This document shows positions 7,953-17,369 of a stretch of 41,801 nt of DNA, piece by piece. Below the pieces are notes generated by a model. That model did not search any database. It saw nothing but the letters and a program-made list of their open reading frames with translations, and had not been told where the DNA came from. Origin of the DNA: Alphaproteobacteria bacterium UBA2947 (lineage in GTDB: Bacteria > Pseudomonadota > Alphaproteobacteria > Rs-D84); the NCBI GenBank assembly GCA_002348925.1, contig DEBV01000004.1, forward strand, positions 1-41,801, written 5' to 3'. The translations under genes were made by a program, and so were the position numbers. The number at the start of each line of letters is the position of its first letter. Position 1 is the first letter of the stretch.

Positions 7953-7979
7953 CACCGCCCAATCGGGCGGTGTTTTTTT
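7953..7979 (+). terminator. Intrinsic terminator
   Basis: CACCGCCC(7953-7960) AATC GGGCGGTG(7965-7972) followed by T7. The 18-nt core is identical to the hairpin at 4829-4846. Confidence 0.85.
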
Positions 7980-8009
7980 ATAAATCTGCTTTTTTTATTG
8001 TGGTTTTTA

Positions 8010-8018
8010 TGTTATAAT
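8010..8018 (+). promoter_or_regulatory. Extended -10 promoter element of the 8031 gene
   Basis: TGtTATAAT (8010-8018). No good -35. Only ~12 nt separate it from the ATG, so the leader would be very short. Confidence 0.4.
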
Positions 8019-8030
8019 TAAAGGCAGGAA

Positions 8031-10583
8031 ATGAGAAGATTTTCGTTATTCTTTTTCATGGTTGCTTTCGCTGCAACAAACGTGTTTGCGGCAGAGTCTT
8101 CTATATCCCGCACAATTCCAAATAAAAATGCAAGTGATGCAACAGAACGCGTTGAAACCAGTACTGCAAAAAATCGCAGCGCGCGTACCGTTTCGCGTAC
8201 CGCACCAAATGCAACAAAATCGTCCACTAAAACGGTAAATGTTGTATCACGCAGTGTAAATAATCGTAAAAATAATACTGGTTCTTCGTTGGGGGCGGCA
8301 GTAAACACTGTTGGGCGCAGTGCACGTACTGATGCCGCCAGTATTAACAGCAGTCCAGCACTTCGTCGTGCAGGTGTGACATTGCGTGCGTCTACTGCGG
8401 AAGTTGGTGGTCGTGCAACAATTGGAAATACAGGCATTCAAACAGGTTCTAATATTGATGAACAAGTTCGTGGTGTTCAATCGCGTGCGTCTATATTTGG
8501 GGGCGGTAAAAAAACAAATATTACCGCGGAATCTTTGGCAAATGCAAAAGACGTTTTGGAAAAAACATCTGATTTGAATAACACTTGTCAGCAACAATAC
8601 AACGAATGTATGGACCAGTTTTGTGCGGTTGTAGATGCAAACCAAAAAAGATGTTCTTGTTCTGCGAATTTGTCTAAATATTCCAAAGTTCAAAAGGCGG
8701 TGGAAGATGCAAATGCCGAATTAAACGATGTTGCACAACGTATCCGTTATGTTGGTTTGTCTGCTGATGAAATTCGTGCGATTATGTCTGCAACAGAGGC
8801 GGAATTGGAAATGTCCAAGACAAAAGACAGTACGCAAACCCGTTCTATGTTGGACGACATTGCCGAAATGTTGAAAGACCCAACTTCTTCTACAACTTTG
8901 ACTTCGTCAACAACTGCGGATTCTTTGTTGGATATGGATTTGGATTTTTCATCTGATTCATCAGATTTGTTTTCGCTTGATATTTTCAACACATCAAACA
9001 CAGACATTTCTTCTAAACGTGGCAAGGCTCTTTATAACGAAGCAAAAAAACGTTGCAAAACTGTTTTGAATCGCTGCAAAGATGCAGGCGGTACGGAAAG
9101 TCAAATTTCTGGCAACTATGATTTGGCAATTGATAAAGATTGTGTTGCGTATGAACAGGGTTTGGAAAAATTAAATGATACATTGAAAAACAATGTGCGC
9201 AGTGCGAATTTAATGTTGCAAAAGGCGCGCCTTGCGGTGTTGCAAAATAAAAACCAATACGGAATCAAAGAATGTGTGGCTGCGCTGGAAAATTGTATGC
9301 TGGACGACATGGTTTGTGGCGATGATTACATAAAATGCGTAGATCCAACCAAGATGTTTATTGATGAAAATGGCAAGGTTATATTGGGACGCAATATTGC
9401 AAACATAACCAATTCAATGACTGCGTATAACAACACAAATATAAATGCAGATTTTATCAAAAGTTCGGTTGGTGATACAACTTGTGCTAACCATGATGGT
9501 GCGTGTGTTGTGAATTATTTACTGACGAAAATTGGAACAGGGGCAACCGTCAAAGACGGTGGGCTTTGCCGCGCAGTATTGGATAAATGTCAAGATTACA
9601 CATATGTTCAAAACGGCAAAACATCAACATATAATCCGTACAATGATGTTATTGTAAATTATATTCAACGCGCAATGGTAAATATAAAATCTGCACAATC
9701 AAAGATAATTTCGAATTATGCAGCGAATTGTATGTCTGATGTTCAAGATTGCTACAGCCAACAAAACAGCCAGATTACATCGTGGACATCGGCTGCAACG
9801 ATAGACAATATCTATAAAGTTTTAACAGGAACTTGCTACAGCACCGCGTTAACCTGTGGTTATGCGGTCTTTGCGTATGATAAAGAAATGGGCAATGCCA
9901 TTAGCGATACTTCATTGCCTGAATCTGATAAACAATTAAAACTTATAGACGGTATTTCACAAATGTTCTATCAAACCATGTTATGTCCGGATAATTCTGA
10001 ATATGTTACAGAAACTACAGCTGGTATGGTTAACGACAGGTGTGCATGCAAGGCAGGGTATGTGGTTTCTGGGGGACAGTGTGTGGTGTCTTGTCCGACT
10101 GATAAATCAAAGAAGCTTTTTGGAACATGTACTGCACAATGTCCAACTGGTATGATAGAAAAAAATAATGAATGTTTGTTGAGTGTACATTCAGAAATTA
10201 GTAATGCGTTTTATTTTGCAGAAGTTGAAGGTGTTTGTGTTGGTTGGGAAGGCAATTCTACAATATGTAATAAAGATTTTCCGATTGTAGCCAGCTTTGA
10301 ATATGGTGATGTTTATGGAAAAACGAAGGCGGAACATCGTACTAGAACTTCTTATGGTTATAATCATGTTCCTTTCGAAGAGGAATACTATGACTGTTAT
10401 GCTAAGATAATAGAATATCATTCAAAGAATAGTGTTGTATATGGGTTAGGAGGTGACTGGGTCTATGTGGGAGAGGCGGATTTTTATTACCAGTGCCCAG
10501 ATATAGCCGCAGGTTATTTTCAAGATGAAGACATGTTAGGACGTTATTTTGGAAAATATGGCACAATGGAATGGCCTGAATAA
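8031..10583 (+). CDS. Large secreted Cys-rich / coiled-coil protein, family member C (850 aa), unknown function
   Basis: Signal peptide MRRFSLFFFMVAFAATNVFA|AE. Arg/Val/Ser/Thr repeat region (TVSRTA, VVSRSV, TVGRSA, GVTLRAS, GVQSRAS). Cys motif CQQQYNECMDQFCAVVDANQKRCSC aligns with member A. The C-terminal part adds CACKAGYVVSGGQC-type Cys repeats and an aromatic-rich terminal domain. Confidence 0.9.
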   Translation: MRRFSLFFFMVAFAATNVFAAESSISRTIPNKNASDATERVETSTAKNRSARTVSRTAPNATKSSTKTVNVVSRSVNNRKNNTGSSLGAAVNTVGRSARTDAASINSSPALRRAGVTLRASTAEVGGRATIGNTGIQTGSNIDEQVRGVQSRASIFGGGKKTNITAESLANAKDVLEKTSDLNNTCQQQYNECMDQFCAVVDANQKRCSCSANLSKYSKVQKAVEDANAELNDVAQRIRYVGLSADEIRAIMSATEAELEMSKTKDSTQTRSMLDDIAEMLKDPTSSTTLTSSTTADSLLDMDLDFSSDSSDLFSLDIFNTSNTDISSKRGKALYNEAKKRCKTVLNRCKDAGGTESQISGNYDLAIDKDCVAYEQGLEKLNDTLKNNVRSANLMLQKARLAVLQNKNQYGIKECVAALENCMLDDMVCGDDYIKCVDPTKMFIDENGKVILGRNIANITNSMTAYNNTNINADFIKSSVGDTTCANHDGACVVNYLLTKIGTGATVKDGGLCRAVLDKCQDYTYVQNGKTSTYNPYNDVIVNYIQRAMVNIKSAQSKIISNYAANCMSDVQDCYSQQNSQITSWTSAATIDNIYKVLTGTCYSTALTCGYAVFAYDKEMGNAISDTSLPESDKQLKLIDGISQMFYQTMLCPDNSEYVTETTAGMVNDRCACKAGYVVSGGQCVVSCPTDKSKKLFGTCTAQCPTGMIEKNNECLLSVHSEISNAFYFAEVEGVCVGWEGNSTICNKDFPIVASFEYGDVYGKTKAEHRTRTSYGYNHVPFEEEYYDCYAKIIEYHSKNSVVYGLGGDWVYVGEADFYYQCPDIAAGYFQDEDMLGRYFGKYGTMEWPE

Positions 10584-10615
10584 TAACCATAAAATTATTG
10601 TTTTTTCTGATTTAA

Positions 10616-11299
10616 TTATTCTGCCATCAAATTTTCCATAAATTTGTTATGAATTTCCAGTTCTTCCGCGGGGACTTCGAATTTTCTGTGTGGAAATTCT
10701 GTGCCAATCTTTGGGGTTTTTAAGAATGCGTCATGTTGTTCTTTGATAAGTTCGTTTATATCTATCGCAGGTGCTGTGTTTTCCAGTTCTGTATAAACGT
10801 GTGCCAAAATTTCCGCGTCAATTAATGCGCCGTGTGCGTCTGCACGTGCGGTTAATGATACCCCAAACCATTTTGCCAATGCGTCCAATGTATAACTTTT
10901 GGGTCCAAATACGCGATTGCGTGCGATAACAATACTGTCCAGCATTTGTGAACGCGGAATCGGTTTTAAATGCAGTTTTTCCAATTCGTAATTTATAAAC
11001 GGAAAGTCAAAATCAAGGCCGTTGTGTGCCACAATTTGTGCATCGCCAATAAATTCCAGAAACTTTGGTGCAATAACAGACATTTTTGGTTTGTCTTCCA
11101 AAAACGCATTAGATATTTTGTGAACCATATATGTTTCAGGTGGAATAATTTTGCCTTCGGGATTTATGTATTCGTGGAAAGTATTATCTGTCAATTTGCC
11201 ATCAACCAATTCGACCGCCCCAATTTCAATACAGCGGTCACCGCGCATATATTCAAATCCAGTCGTTTCGATATCAAAGCAAATTATTCGTGCCATCAT
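10616..11299 (-). CDS. dnaQ: DNA polymerase III epsilon subunit (3'-5' proofreading exonuclease)
   Basis: DEDDh motifs: Exo I ICFDIETTG, Exo II VAHNGLDFDFPFI, Exo III HGALIDAEILAHVY. At 227 aa the size is typical. Confidence 0.9.
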   Translation of the reverse strand: MMARIICFDIETTGFEYMRGDRCIEIGAVELVDGKLTDNTFHEYINPEGKIIPPETYMVHKISNAFLEDKPKMSVIAPKFLEFIGDAQIVAHNGLDFDFPFINYELEKLHLKPIPRSQMLDSIVIARNRVFGPKSYTLDALAKWFGVSLTARADAHGALIDAEILAHVYTELENTAPAIDINELIKEQHDAFLKTPKIGTEFPHRKFEVPAEELEIHNKFMENLMAE

Positions 11300-11365
11300 C
11301 CTTCCCTTTGGTTTTTTTGATTGTATAGAAATCTTTTATAAATTACAATACGGAAAATTGAAAAA

Positions 11366-13438
11366 ATGTCCATAGATTATATGTCTGGTTTGAACGAACA
11401 ACAAGAATTGGCTGTCTGTACAATTGACGGGCCTCTTTTGGTATTGTCTGGTGCAGGAACAGGCAAAACGCGCGTTTTAACTTCGCGTGTTGCGCATATT
11501 TTGTATTCTGGTGTGGCGTACCCATGGCAGATATTGGCGTTGACCTTTACCAACAAGGCGGCAAATGAAATGCGCTTTCGTGTGGCGCAATATTCTGAAA
11601 TTGCGCATTTGTGTGGCGATTTATGGATGGGAACTTTTCATTCAATATGTTTGCGAATTTTGCGGTCTAATTATGCAGCGGCTGGACTTCGTCGTGATTT
11701 TCTGATTTATGGTGAAGACGACCAAAAGGCTGTTCTTAAACGTGTTATAACGAATCTTGCGCTGGATACCAAGGAATTTAATCCGTCTGATTGGGTGGAA
11801 AGAATTTCAAATATCAAAGACAAAGGCGAATTTGATTTTGATAAAACGAACTTGTCACCCGTCGCGCAGAAAATATTGTGCGAATATAACGCAGAATTGA
11901 CCCGTCTGGGCGCGATTGATTTCGGGGACATAATCTTGTTCGTTTTAAAATTATTCGCTTCTCACGAAGAAATTTTGCGCAAATATCAAAATCAGTTCAA
12001 ATACATAATGGTCGATGAATTTCAGGACACTAATGCGGCACAAATGAAATTATTAAAAATGTTAACCCAAAATCAAGATGTGCCAAATATTTGCTGTGTG
12101 GGCGATGATGACCAATCTATTTATTCTTGGCGTGGCGCAGAAATAAGAAATATTTTGGAATTTGAAAAGACTTTCCCAAATGCAAAGATAATTCGCCTTG
12201 AAACAAATTACCGCAGTACAGGAAATATTCTGGGGGCGGCAAATTCTTTGATTAAAAACAATATGGGACGCCTTGGCAAAGAGTTACGTACGGCCCCAGG
12301 TGTTGATAATGGCGAACCTGTTTATGCGTTGACTGTGCCGTCTGATTGGGACGAAGCGCGCTTTATAGCCGATACGATAACACGGAACGCGAACAATAAT
12401 TTTTCAGCTTTTGCAGTGCTAATTCGTATGGGTTCGCTGTCGCGTCCGTTTGAAGAAGAATTTACATCGCGTCAAATTCCTTATCGTTTGGTTGGTGCGA
12501 CAAAATTCTATGACAGGGCGGAAATTCGCGATGCGATTGCATATATTCGTTTATTGGTTTATCCATTTGATGATGTTTCGTTTGAACGTATTATATCTAA
12601 ACCGTCGCGTCAGATTGGACCAGCTGCAATAACTAAATTACGCGAAAGCGGTAAAAGTTTAATGGATGCATTGCGGACAACAAAATTATCAGCAAAACAA
12701 CAAATTCTGGCAAATGAATTTTTATCTGCATTTGATTTTGATTGGCAGAGTGTTGCACCAAAAGAAGCTGTACAACAGTTGTTGGAAAACAGTGGCTATC
12801 TTAAAATGTGGCGCAATTCAAAAGATACAGATAGCCCCGAAAGATTGGAACATATTCGCGAACTTATAAATACGGTTGTCGCAAAGTATAATACATTGCC
12901 TGAATTTTTGGAACATGCTGCACTGATGATGACAGATGATAACGACAGTGAATTGGACGGGAAAAATTTGGTTTCTATAATGACCATCCATGCTGCTAAA
13001 GGTTTGGAATTTGATACTGTATTTTTACCAGCATGGGAAGAAGGTATATTCCCAAACGAAAAGAAAAACGATTCAGATATCGAAGAAGAAAGGCGACTTG
13101 CCTATGTTGCAATTACGCGTGCACGTAAACGTGCAATAATCACAAATGCGATGGTGCGTACAGTGTTTGGTCAACGTCTTTACCAAATGCCTTCGCGTTT
13201 CATAAATGAAATAGATACCAGATTTGTAAGTTTTAACGGCAATCAAAAACCAAAATATTCTGCGCCAAGCGCACCCCAAAAACCAAAATTCAAAAATGAA
13301 TCTGTCGTTGGAAAAATGGTATCGCATCGTGAAATGGGTACGGGGGTAGTTATTGCGGAAAACGACAAGACCTTAACAGTTGCGTTTAAAACACGTGGTA
13401 TTAAAAATGTTGCACGTGATTTTGTAAAGTTTATTTAA
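11366..13438 (+). CDS. uvrD: UvrD/Rep/PcrA-family SF1 DNA helicase
   Basis: Motif I LVLSGAGTGKT, II YIMVDEFQDTN, III CVGDDDQSIYSWRGA, IV TNYRS, V TIHAAKGLEFDTVFL, VI RRLAYVAITRARKRA. Confidence 0.9.
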   Translation: MSIDYMSGLNEQQELAVCTIDGPLLVLSGAGTGKTRVLTSRVAHILYSGVAYPWQILALTFTNKAANEMRFRVAQYSEIAHLCGDLWMGTFHSICLRILRSNYAAAGLRRDFLIYGEDDQKAVLKRVITNLALDTKEFNPSDWVERISNIKDKGEFDFDKTNLSPVAQKILCEYNAELTRLGAIDFGDIILFVLKLFASHEEILRKYQNQFKYIMVDEFQDTNAAQMKLLKMLTQNQDVPNICCVGDDDQSIYSWRGAEIRNILEFEKTFPNAKIIRLETNYRSTGNILGAANSLIKNNMGRLGKELRTAPGVDNGEPVYALTVPSDWDEARFIADTITRNANNNFSAFAVLIRMGSLSRPFEEEFTSRQIPYRLVGATKFYDRAEIRDAIAYIRLLVYPFDDVSFERIISKPSRQIGPAAITKLRESGKSLMDALRTTKLSAKQQILANEFLSAFDFDWQSVAPKEAVQQLLENSGYLKMWRNSKDTDSPERLEHIRELINTVVAKYNTLPEFLEHAALMMTDDNDSELDGKNLVSIMTIHAAKGLEFDTVFLPAWEEGIFPNEKKNDSDIEEERRLAYVAITRARKRAIITNAMVRTVFGQRLYQMPSRFINEIDTRFVSFNGNQKPKYSAPSAPQKPKFKNESVVGKMVSHREMGTGVVIAENDKTLTVAFKTRGIKNVARDFVKFI

Positions 13439-13439
13439 A

Positions 13440-14723
13440 TTATTTTTTCTTTAACCACGCATCAAATAATTTACCGCTTACAGTTTTAACATTGCCCCAA
13501 ACTGTCTTGGTGTCGTTTTTCAATTTTTCACCAAAAGAATTATCTATTTTTCCACCAATACCTTTTGCCAGTTCGTCTGCTTTGCCACCCAGATAGAAAA
13601 CAATAGCACCACACAATATCATTGTCATTGCTGAACCAACTGCATAAGTGTTATTGCTGTCTATGGATATTATGTTTGTTAATAATGCTGCACATATCGC
13701 AATAACTATGGCCAGCGATACAAAATAAATTGCCGCATTTATAAATGCAGATATAATATCTGATAATTTTTTTGTGTTAAATACTTTTAATAGACCAGAA
13801 AATATTTGTCCTGCATAATTTGTTTCTTTGCTGCCAGGCATAGATTCTGCCAATGCGGTAAAAGGCAACATCAAAAGTTTTAAAAACAAATCTGCGACAA
13901 CACCAAGCGTCATAAACGCATATTTGAAAATGCAACCGATAAACATAACCATGCAAACCAAACCGACGATAACCATAGTCGCACTGTGTCCAAAACCGTT
14001 AATCATCCATTCAAATGCAGAAGCAGTTGCGTGATAGAAATATACAGACAAACGTGATGGTAAACACATTATATTTGCCGCAGCGTCTGGGTTGATTAAA
14101 AGTTTATCTGATGTGTTTGCATTAACATACTGATGAATTGTTGCACAAGTATCTGGAATATTAACATTATAAGTTTGTGCAACAGCACCCAAAATAAAAT
14201 CAGATAAATACACACCAAGCGACAGAATAGGTGTTATAACCATTGTGAACAATTTTGCAGGTCCATAATTTAACACAATTACCCAAATTGCAATAGTTAT
14301 GCCTTTGATAAATATATCATATAAAACAGTTTTATAATCTGTTGATTCGCGAATCATTCTGTATGCTTCCAATGCTATCCAAAAAGCATACATAACAAAC
14401 AAAAACCATATAACGAATCGCACCAAAGATATTTGTAAAACATAATCGATTGAAGATAGGGCCTTCATAAATACCAGTCCCAGTTTTACTTCCACAGGAA
14501 CAAAATTTGTTGAATGCAGATTTGTTTGAAAAGTTTGTTGAAAATTTTTTACATCATCGGACAAATCATTATTGTAAGTTTTCATATTGTCCAAAGTCAT
14601 CCAGTTGCCGTATTCGCCAACATCACCATTTGGAACGTTGCCTGCCGCGTATGTTGCACCAACAAATGCAGTCACGCAAAAAATACAAACTAATAAAAAT
14701 TTCAAAATTTTACGAATCTGCAT
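13440..14723 (-). CDS. Polytopic membrane protein, paralogue 1 of 5 (VirB6/TrbL-like architecture, unverified)
   Basis: Start taken at ATG 14723 (MQIRKILKFLLVCIFCVTAFVGATYA signal peptide), 1 nt after the stop of the upstream gene. The track start at 14798 would overlap that gene by 74 nt. About 7 hydrophobic helices. Loop Cys pair (DTC...IMC). Tail ...KTVWGNVKTVSGKLFDAWLKKK. Confidence 0.85.
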   Translation of the reverse strand: MQIRKILKFLLVCIFCVTAFVGATYAAGNVPNGDVGEYGNWMTLDNMKTYNNDLSDDVKNFQQTFQTNLHSTNFVPVEVKLGLVFMKALSSIDYVLQISLVRFVIWFLFVMYAFWIALEAYRMIRESTDYKTVLYDIFIKGITIAIWVIVLNYGPAKLFTMVITPILSLGVYLSDFILGAVAQTYNVNIPDTCATIHQYVNANTSDKLLINPDAAANIMCLPSRLSVYFYHATASAFEWMINGFGHSATMVIVGLVCMVMFIGCIFKYAFMTLGVVADLFLKLLMLPFTALAESMPGSKETNYAGQIFSGLLKVFNTKKLSDIISAFINAAIYFVSLAIVIAICAALLTNIISIDSNNTYAVGSAMTMILCGAIVFYLGGKADELAKGIGGKIDNSFGEKLKNDTKTVWGNVKTVSGKLFDAWLKKK

Positions 14724-14724
14724 T

Positions 14725-16185
14725 TTATTTTTCCTTGTCCATTTTTTCGCGAACTTTTTCATATATTTTAACAGGCGCATTATAAGCGGTTTTTCCAAAG
14801 TCTTTTACCCATTGACCATAATCAAAAGATTCTTTGCCTTCTGAGCCTAATATTTCGTCTACCTTTGGTGACACAACCCAGAAGTACAAGAAGAATACGC
14901 CAAACATAAATAACAAGAATTCAAATCCGTCATCCATGAAATCAAAAGCCCCAGGATATCTTTTTTCAACAATTGTTTTCTGAGTTTTAAAACATGCTGT
15001 GAATTTTTCTTTGTCCATTTCACCGTCAATCAAAGACACTTTTTCACATGTCGAAAACACATTCATAACAGACATTGTTTTTGCGTCCATGTTTTGTTTT
15101 GTTACATCAGAAAGCAGTGGTGGCAATATGCTGGTAAAACCATCTTCGGGGCCTGGATAGAATTCATCAGCAGCAAAATAAACGACCGCATATATGATTA
15201 CTATTTTTAAACTGATTTTTAATATGCTAATTGCAGAATCTATCAACATTTTTATGCCAGAATTTAACAAGCCCTTGGCCAGTCCCCAAACTTGTTCAAA
15301 TGCAGCGGCTGCAATTAAAAGCGGCATAAATATAATGATGAAAACTAATTTAAAGAAAACAGTTAATATCTTAAAGAATAAATCAAACCCAATAATCAGG
15401 AACATTATAACCAAAGCAAATCCAGCCAGCCATGTAAACATACCACCGACTTTTTCATTTAAATCCAGCCATGAATAATTCATCAGGGCAAAACCACCAC
15501 CTGCACCAGCCAACATAACAGTATTTAAATTACCGACTACACACATAAATGGGTGTAATACAGGTGTAAATATATCTTCGTCTTTATCCGAAATTTCTGG
15601 GATTTCACATTTTGCACCGCTTATAACACCTGTTGCCATCATGGAAAGATTTGTTCCAATATACATTACAGGTGTCACAGTTATATTTGTGACGGCTTTC
15701 AATGTTGTTGTTCCGCTCCAACTTAACGCACCAATTAAAGCGCCCGCAATTAAAACGCGTACACCTGTTTTCCAAACTTTTTCAAACCATTTTTTAAAAT
15801 CGAGTTTTGGTTCATTATCTGTTAAATCTTTTATATCTTTGGATGCGGCTTGTTCGCGAAAGAAAGAAAGTGTGTGAAAAATTAAAAATATGCCAAACCC
15901 AACCGCCATCAGTATCCATAAATTATGAACAATGCCGTTCCAGAACATTTCTGTCGCACGGCCCAGTACAGCAAACAAATCACCAAGATATGCACAAAGG
16001 AAACAGCCATTAACAGATGCAGCATCACCGTTGTTGCTGCCTATTTGTTGCATAAACGCATCAACGCTGGTGTATGAAAGAGACGCACCACCCAAAGAAT
16101 GACTTAAATACCAAATGCCAATACCCAACGCGATTGCGCCCATCAAAAATTTCAAGCCGTTTAAGATAAGCCATTTTTTTATCAT
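14725..16185 (-). CDS. Polytopic membrane protein, paralogue 2 of 5
   Basis: Its ATG overlaps the upstream TGA (ATGA). N-terminal anchor, CFLC motif before the first core helix, loop Cys pair (AKCEIP...FMC), clustered TM helices, tail ...YGQWVKDFGK...KVREKMDKEK. Confidence 0.88.
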   Translation of the reverse strand: MIKKWLILNGLKFLMGAIALGIGIWYLSHSLGGASLSYTSVDAFMQQIGSNNGDAASVNGCFLCAYLGDLFAVLGRATEMFWNGIVHNLWILMAVGFGIFLIFHTLSFFREQAASKDIKDLTDNEPKLDFKKWFEKVWKTGVRVLIAGALIGALSWSGTTTLKAVTNITVTPVMYIGTNLSMMATGVISGAKCEIPEISDKDEDIFTPVLHPFMCVVGNLNTVMLAGAGGGFALMNYSWLDLNEKVGGMFTWLAGFALVIMFLIIGFDLFFKILTVFFKLVFIIIFMPLLIAAAAFEQVWGLAKGLLNSGIKMLIDSAISILKISLKIVIIYAVVYFAADEFYPGPEDGFTSILPPLLSDVTKQNMDAKTMSVMNVFSTCEKVSLIDGEMDKEKFTACFKTQKTIVEKRYPGAFDFMDDGFEFLLFMFGVFFLYFWVVSPKVDEILGSEGKESFDYGQWVKDFGKTAYNAPVKIYEKVREKMDKEK

Positions 16186-17366
16186 TTATCTTTCTTGTCT
16201 TTATCTGCGCTTTCAGGGTTAATAATTATCTTTGCCATTTCTTTGGTTTTATTCGCAATAATTTTTGTTAATTGAAATACATTTTCTCCCATTTCTTTGG
16301 AAAGTTGATTTTCCTGTTTTATATTAAACACAGATAATATTTTTTCGGTCACTTTTGGAACTTGATCTGCAATATAATTTATAACATACACCAACACGAT
16401 TGCACCAGCAAAAGTTATCTGCATCGCGCTGGAATTTTCCAAATCAAAATCAAACAAAGATTCACTTGAATTGTGTATTGAATCCGCATCTACACCATTT
16501 GCATCTAAAAAGCCACGAATAATTAACATAATAACAGTGTATGTTAAAATTGTAGACACCACAGATACAATGGCGTTTATAAGTTTTTTTATTTGACCAC
16601 CACCAAGATTAGAACCTAAATTTTTCATCCAACCAGGTGCATCTGCTGCGCCCTTGAATATAAACAACACAAGCGATAACGGGAAAAAGAACGCAAACAT
16701 TGCCATTGCGAAAATAACATCCATAAAACAGAAAGAATATTTAATAAATAATTTTGCAAAATTATAAGTCAAAAATATTCCAATAAAACAAATAATGATA
16801 TGTTTTACAAGCGCACCAATACCAAGCAGTGCTTTAAGGTCAAACGCTGCGTCTATAATGCCAATACCGATTTTTATGTAAACTTGGAAGTTTGCAACAG
16901 AAGTTTCCAGTATTTGCATTATTGTGTCGCGTAATTCTGGATTAAAGAAACCGTTGTTGCCCAATTGAAGTGCGTTTTCGTATGCTGGTATCGCGTAATC
17001 TGCTGGCAACATCGCTTTTGAATATTGCAAAGTCATTACAGCCACTGGTTCAAAAGTAATTGTTGAAATAAATCGCGGGACTATTAAACCCATGCTTAAC
17101 AACGACAACGCAATCAAAGATTTTACCAACAATGGACGGATTGCTTTGTCAAACAAAGAATCTTTTGCGCCTGTTTTGATGTTCTGCCATACGATGTTTA
17201 ATATGTAAAATGCCAGCAATACACAGAATATAAGAACGCTGAAAATGCAAAGGCGTTGATATGCGGCGGCGGCAGTGTTCGAAATAATGGCGAACAGATT
17301 GTCAAACACAGGACATGTCCAACATTGAACACCAGAATCTATTAAAGAGTTTGCCAATTCTTGCAT
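16182..17366 (-). CDS. Polytopic membrane protein, paralogue 3 of 5
   Basis: Starts 3 nt after the upstream stop. CWTCPVF motif at residues 15-21 followed by a TM helix. Clustered TM helices. Lys/Asp-rich tail. Ends with TGA. Confidence 0.88.
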   Translation of the reverse strand: MQELANSLIDSGVQCWTCPVFDNLFAIISNTAAAAYQRLCIFSVLIFCVLLAFYILNIVWQNIKTGAKDSLFDKAIRPLLVKSLIALSLLSMGLIVPRFISTITFEPVAVMTLQYSKAMLPADYAIPAYENALQLGNNGFFNPELRDTIMQILETSVANFQVYIKIGIGIIDAAFDLKALLGIGALVKHIIICFIGIFLTYNFAKLFIKYSFCFMDVIFAMAMFAFFFPLSLVLFIFKGAADAPGWMKNLGSNLGGGQIKKLINAIVSVVSTILTYTVIMLIIRGFLDANGVDADSIHNSSESLFDFDLENSSAMQITFAGAIVLVYVINYIADQVPKVTEKILSVFNIKQENQLSKEMGENVFQLTKIIANKTKEMAKIIINPESADKDKKDK

Positions 17367-17369
17367 TTT

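Noticed and set aside
10616-13438. Divergent DEDDh exonuclease plus UvrD-like helicase considered as a possible defence-system pair
   Set aside because: The exonuclease has the size and all three Exo motifs of the housekeeping Pol III epsilon. The helicase has a complete canonical UvrD/PcrA motif set. Neither has extra domains, and there is no sign of an island context. They are most simply core replication and repair genes.
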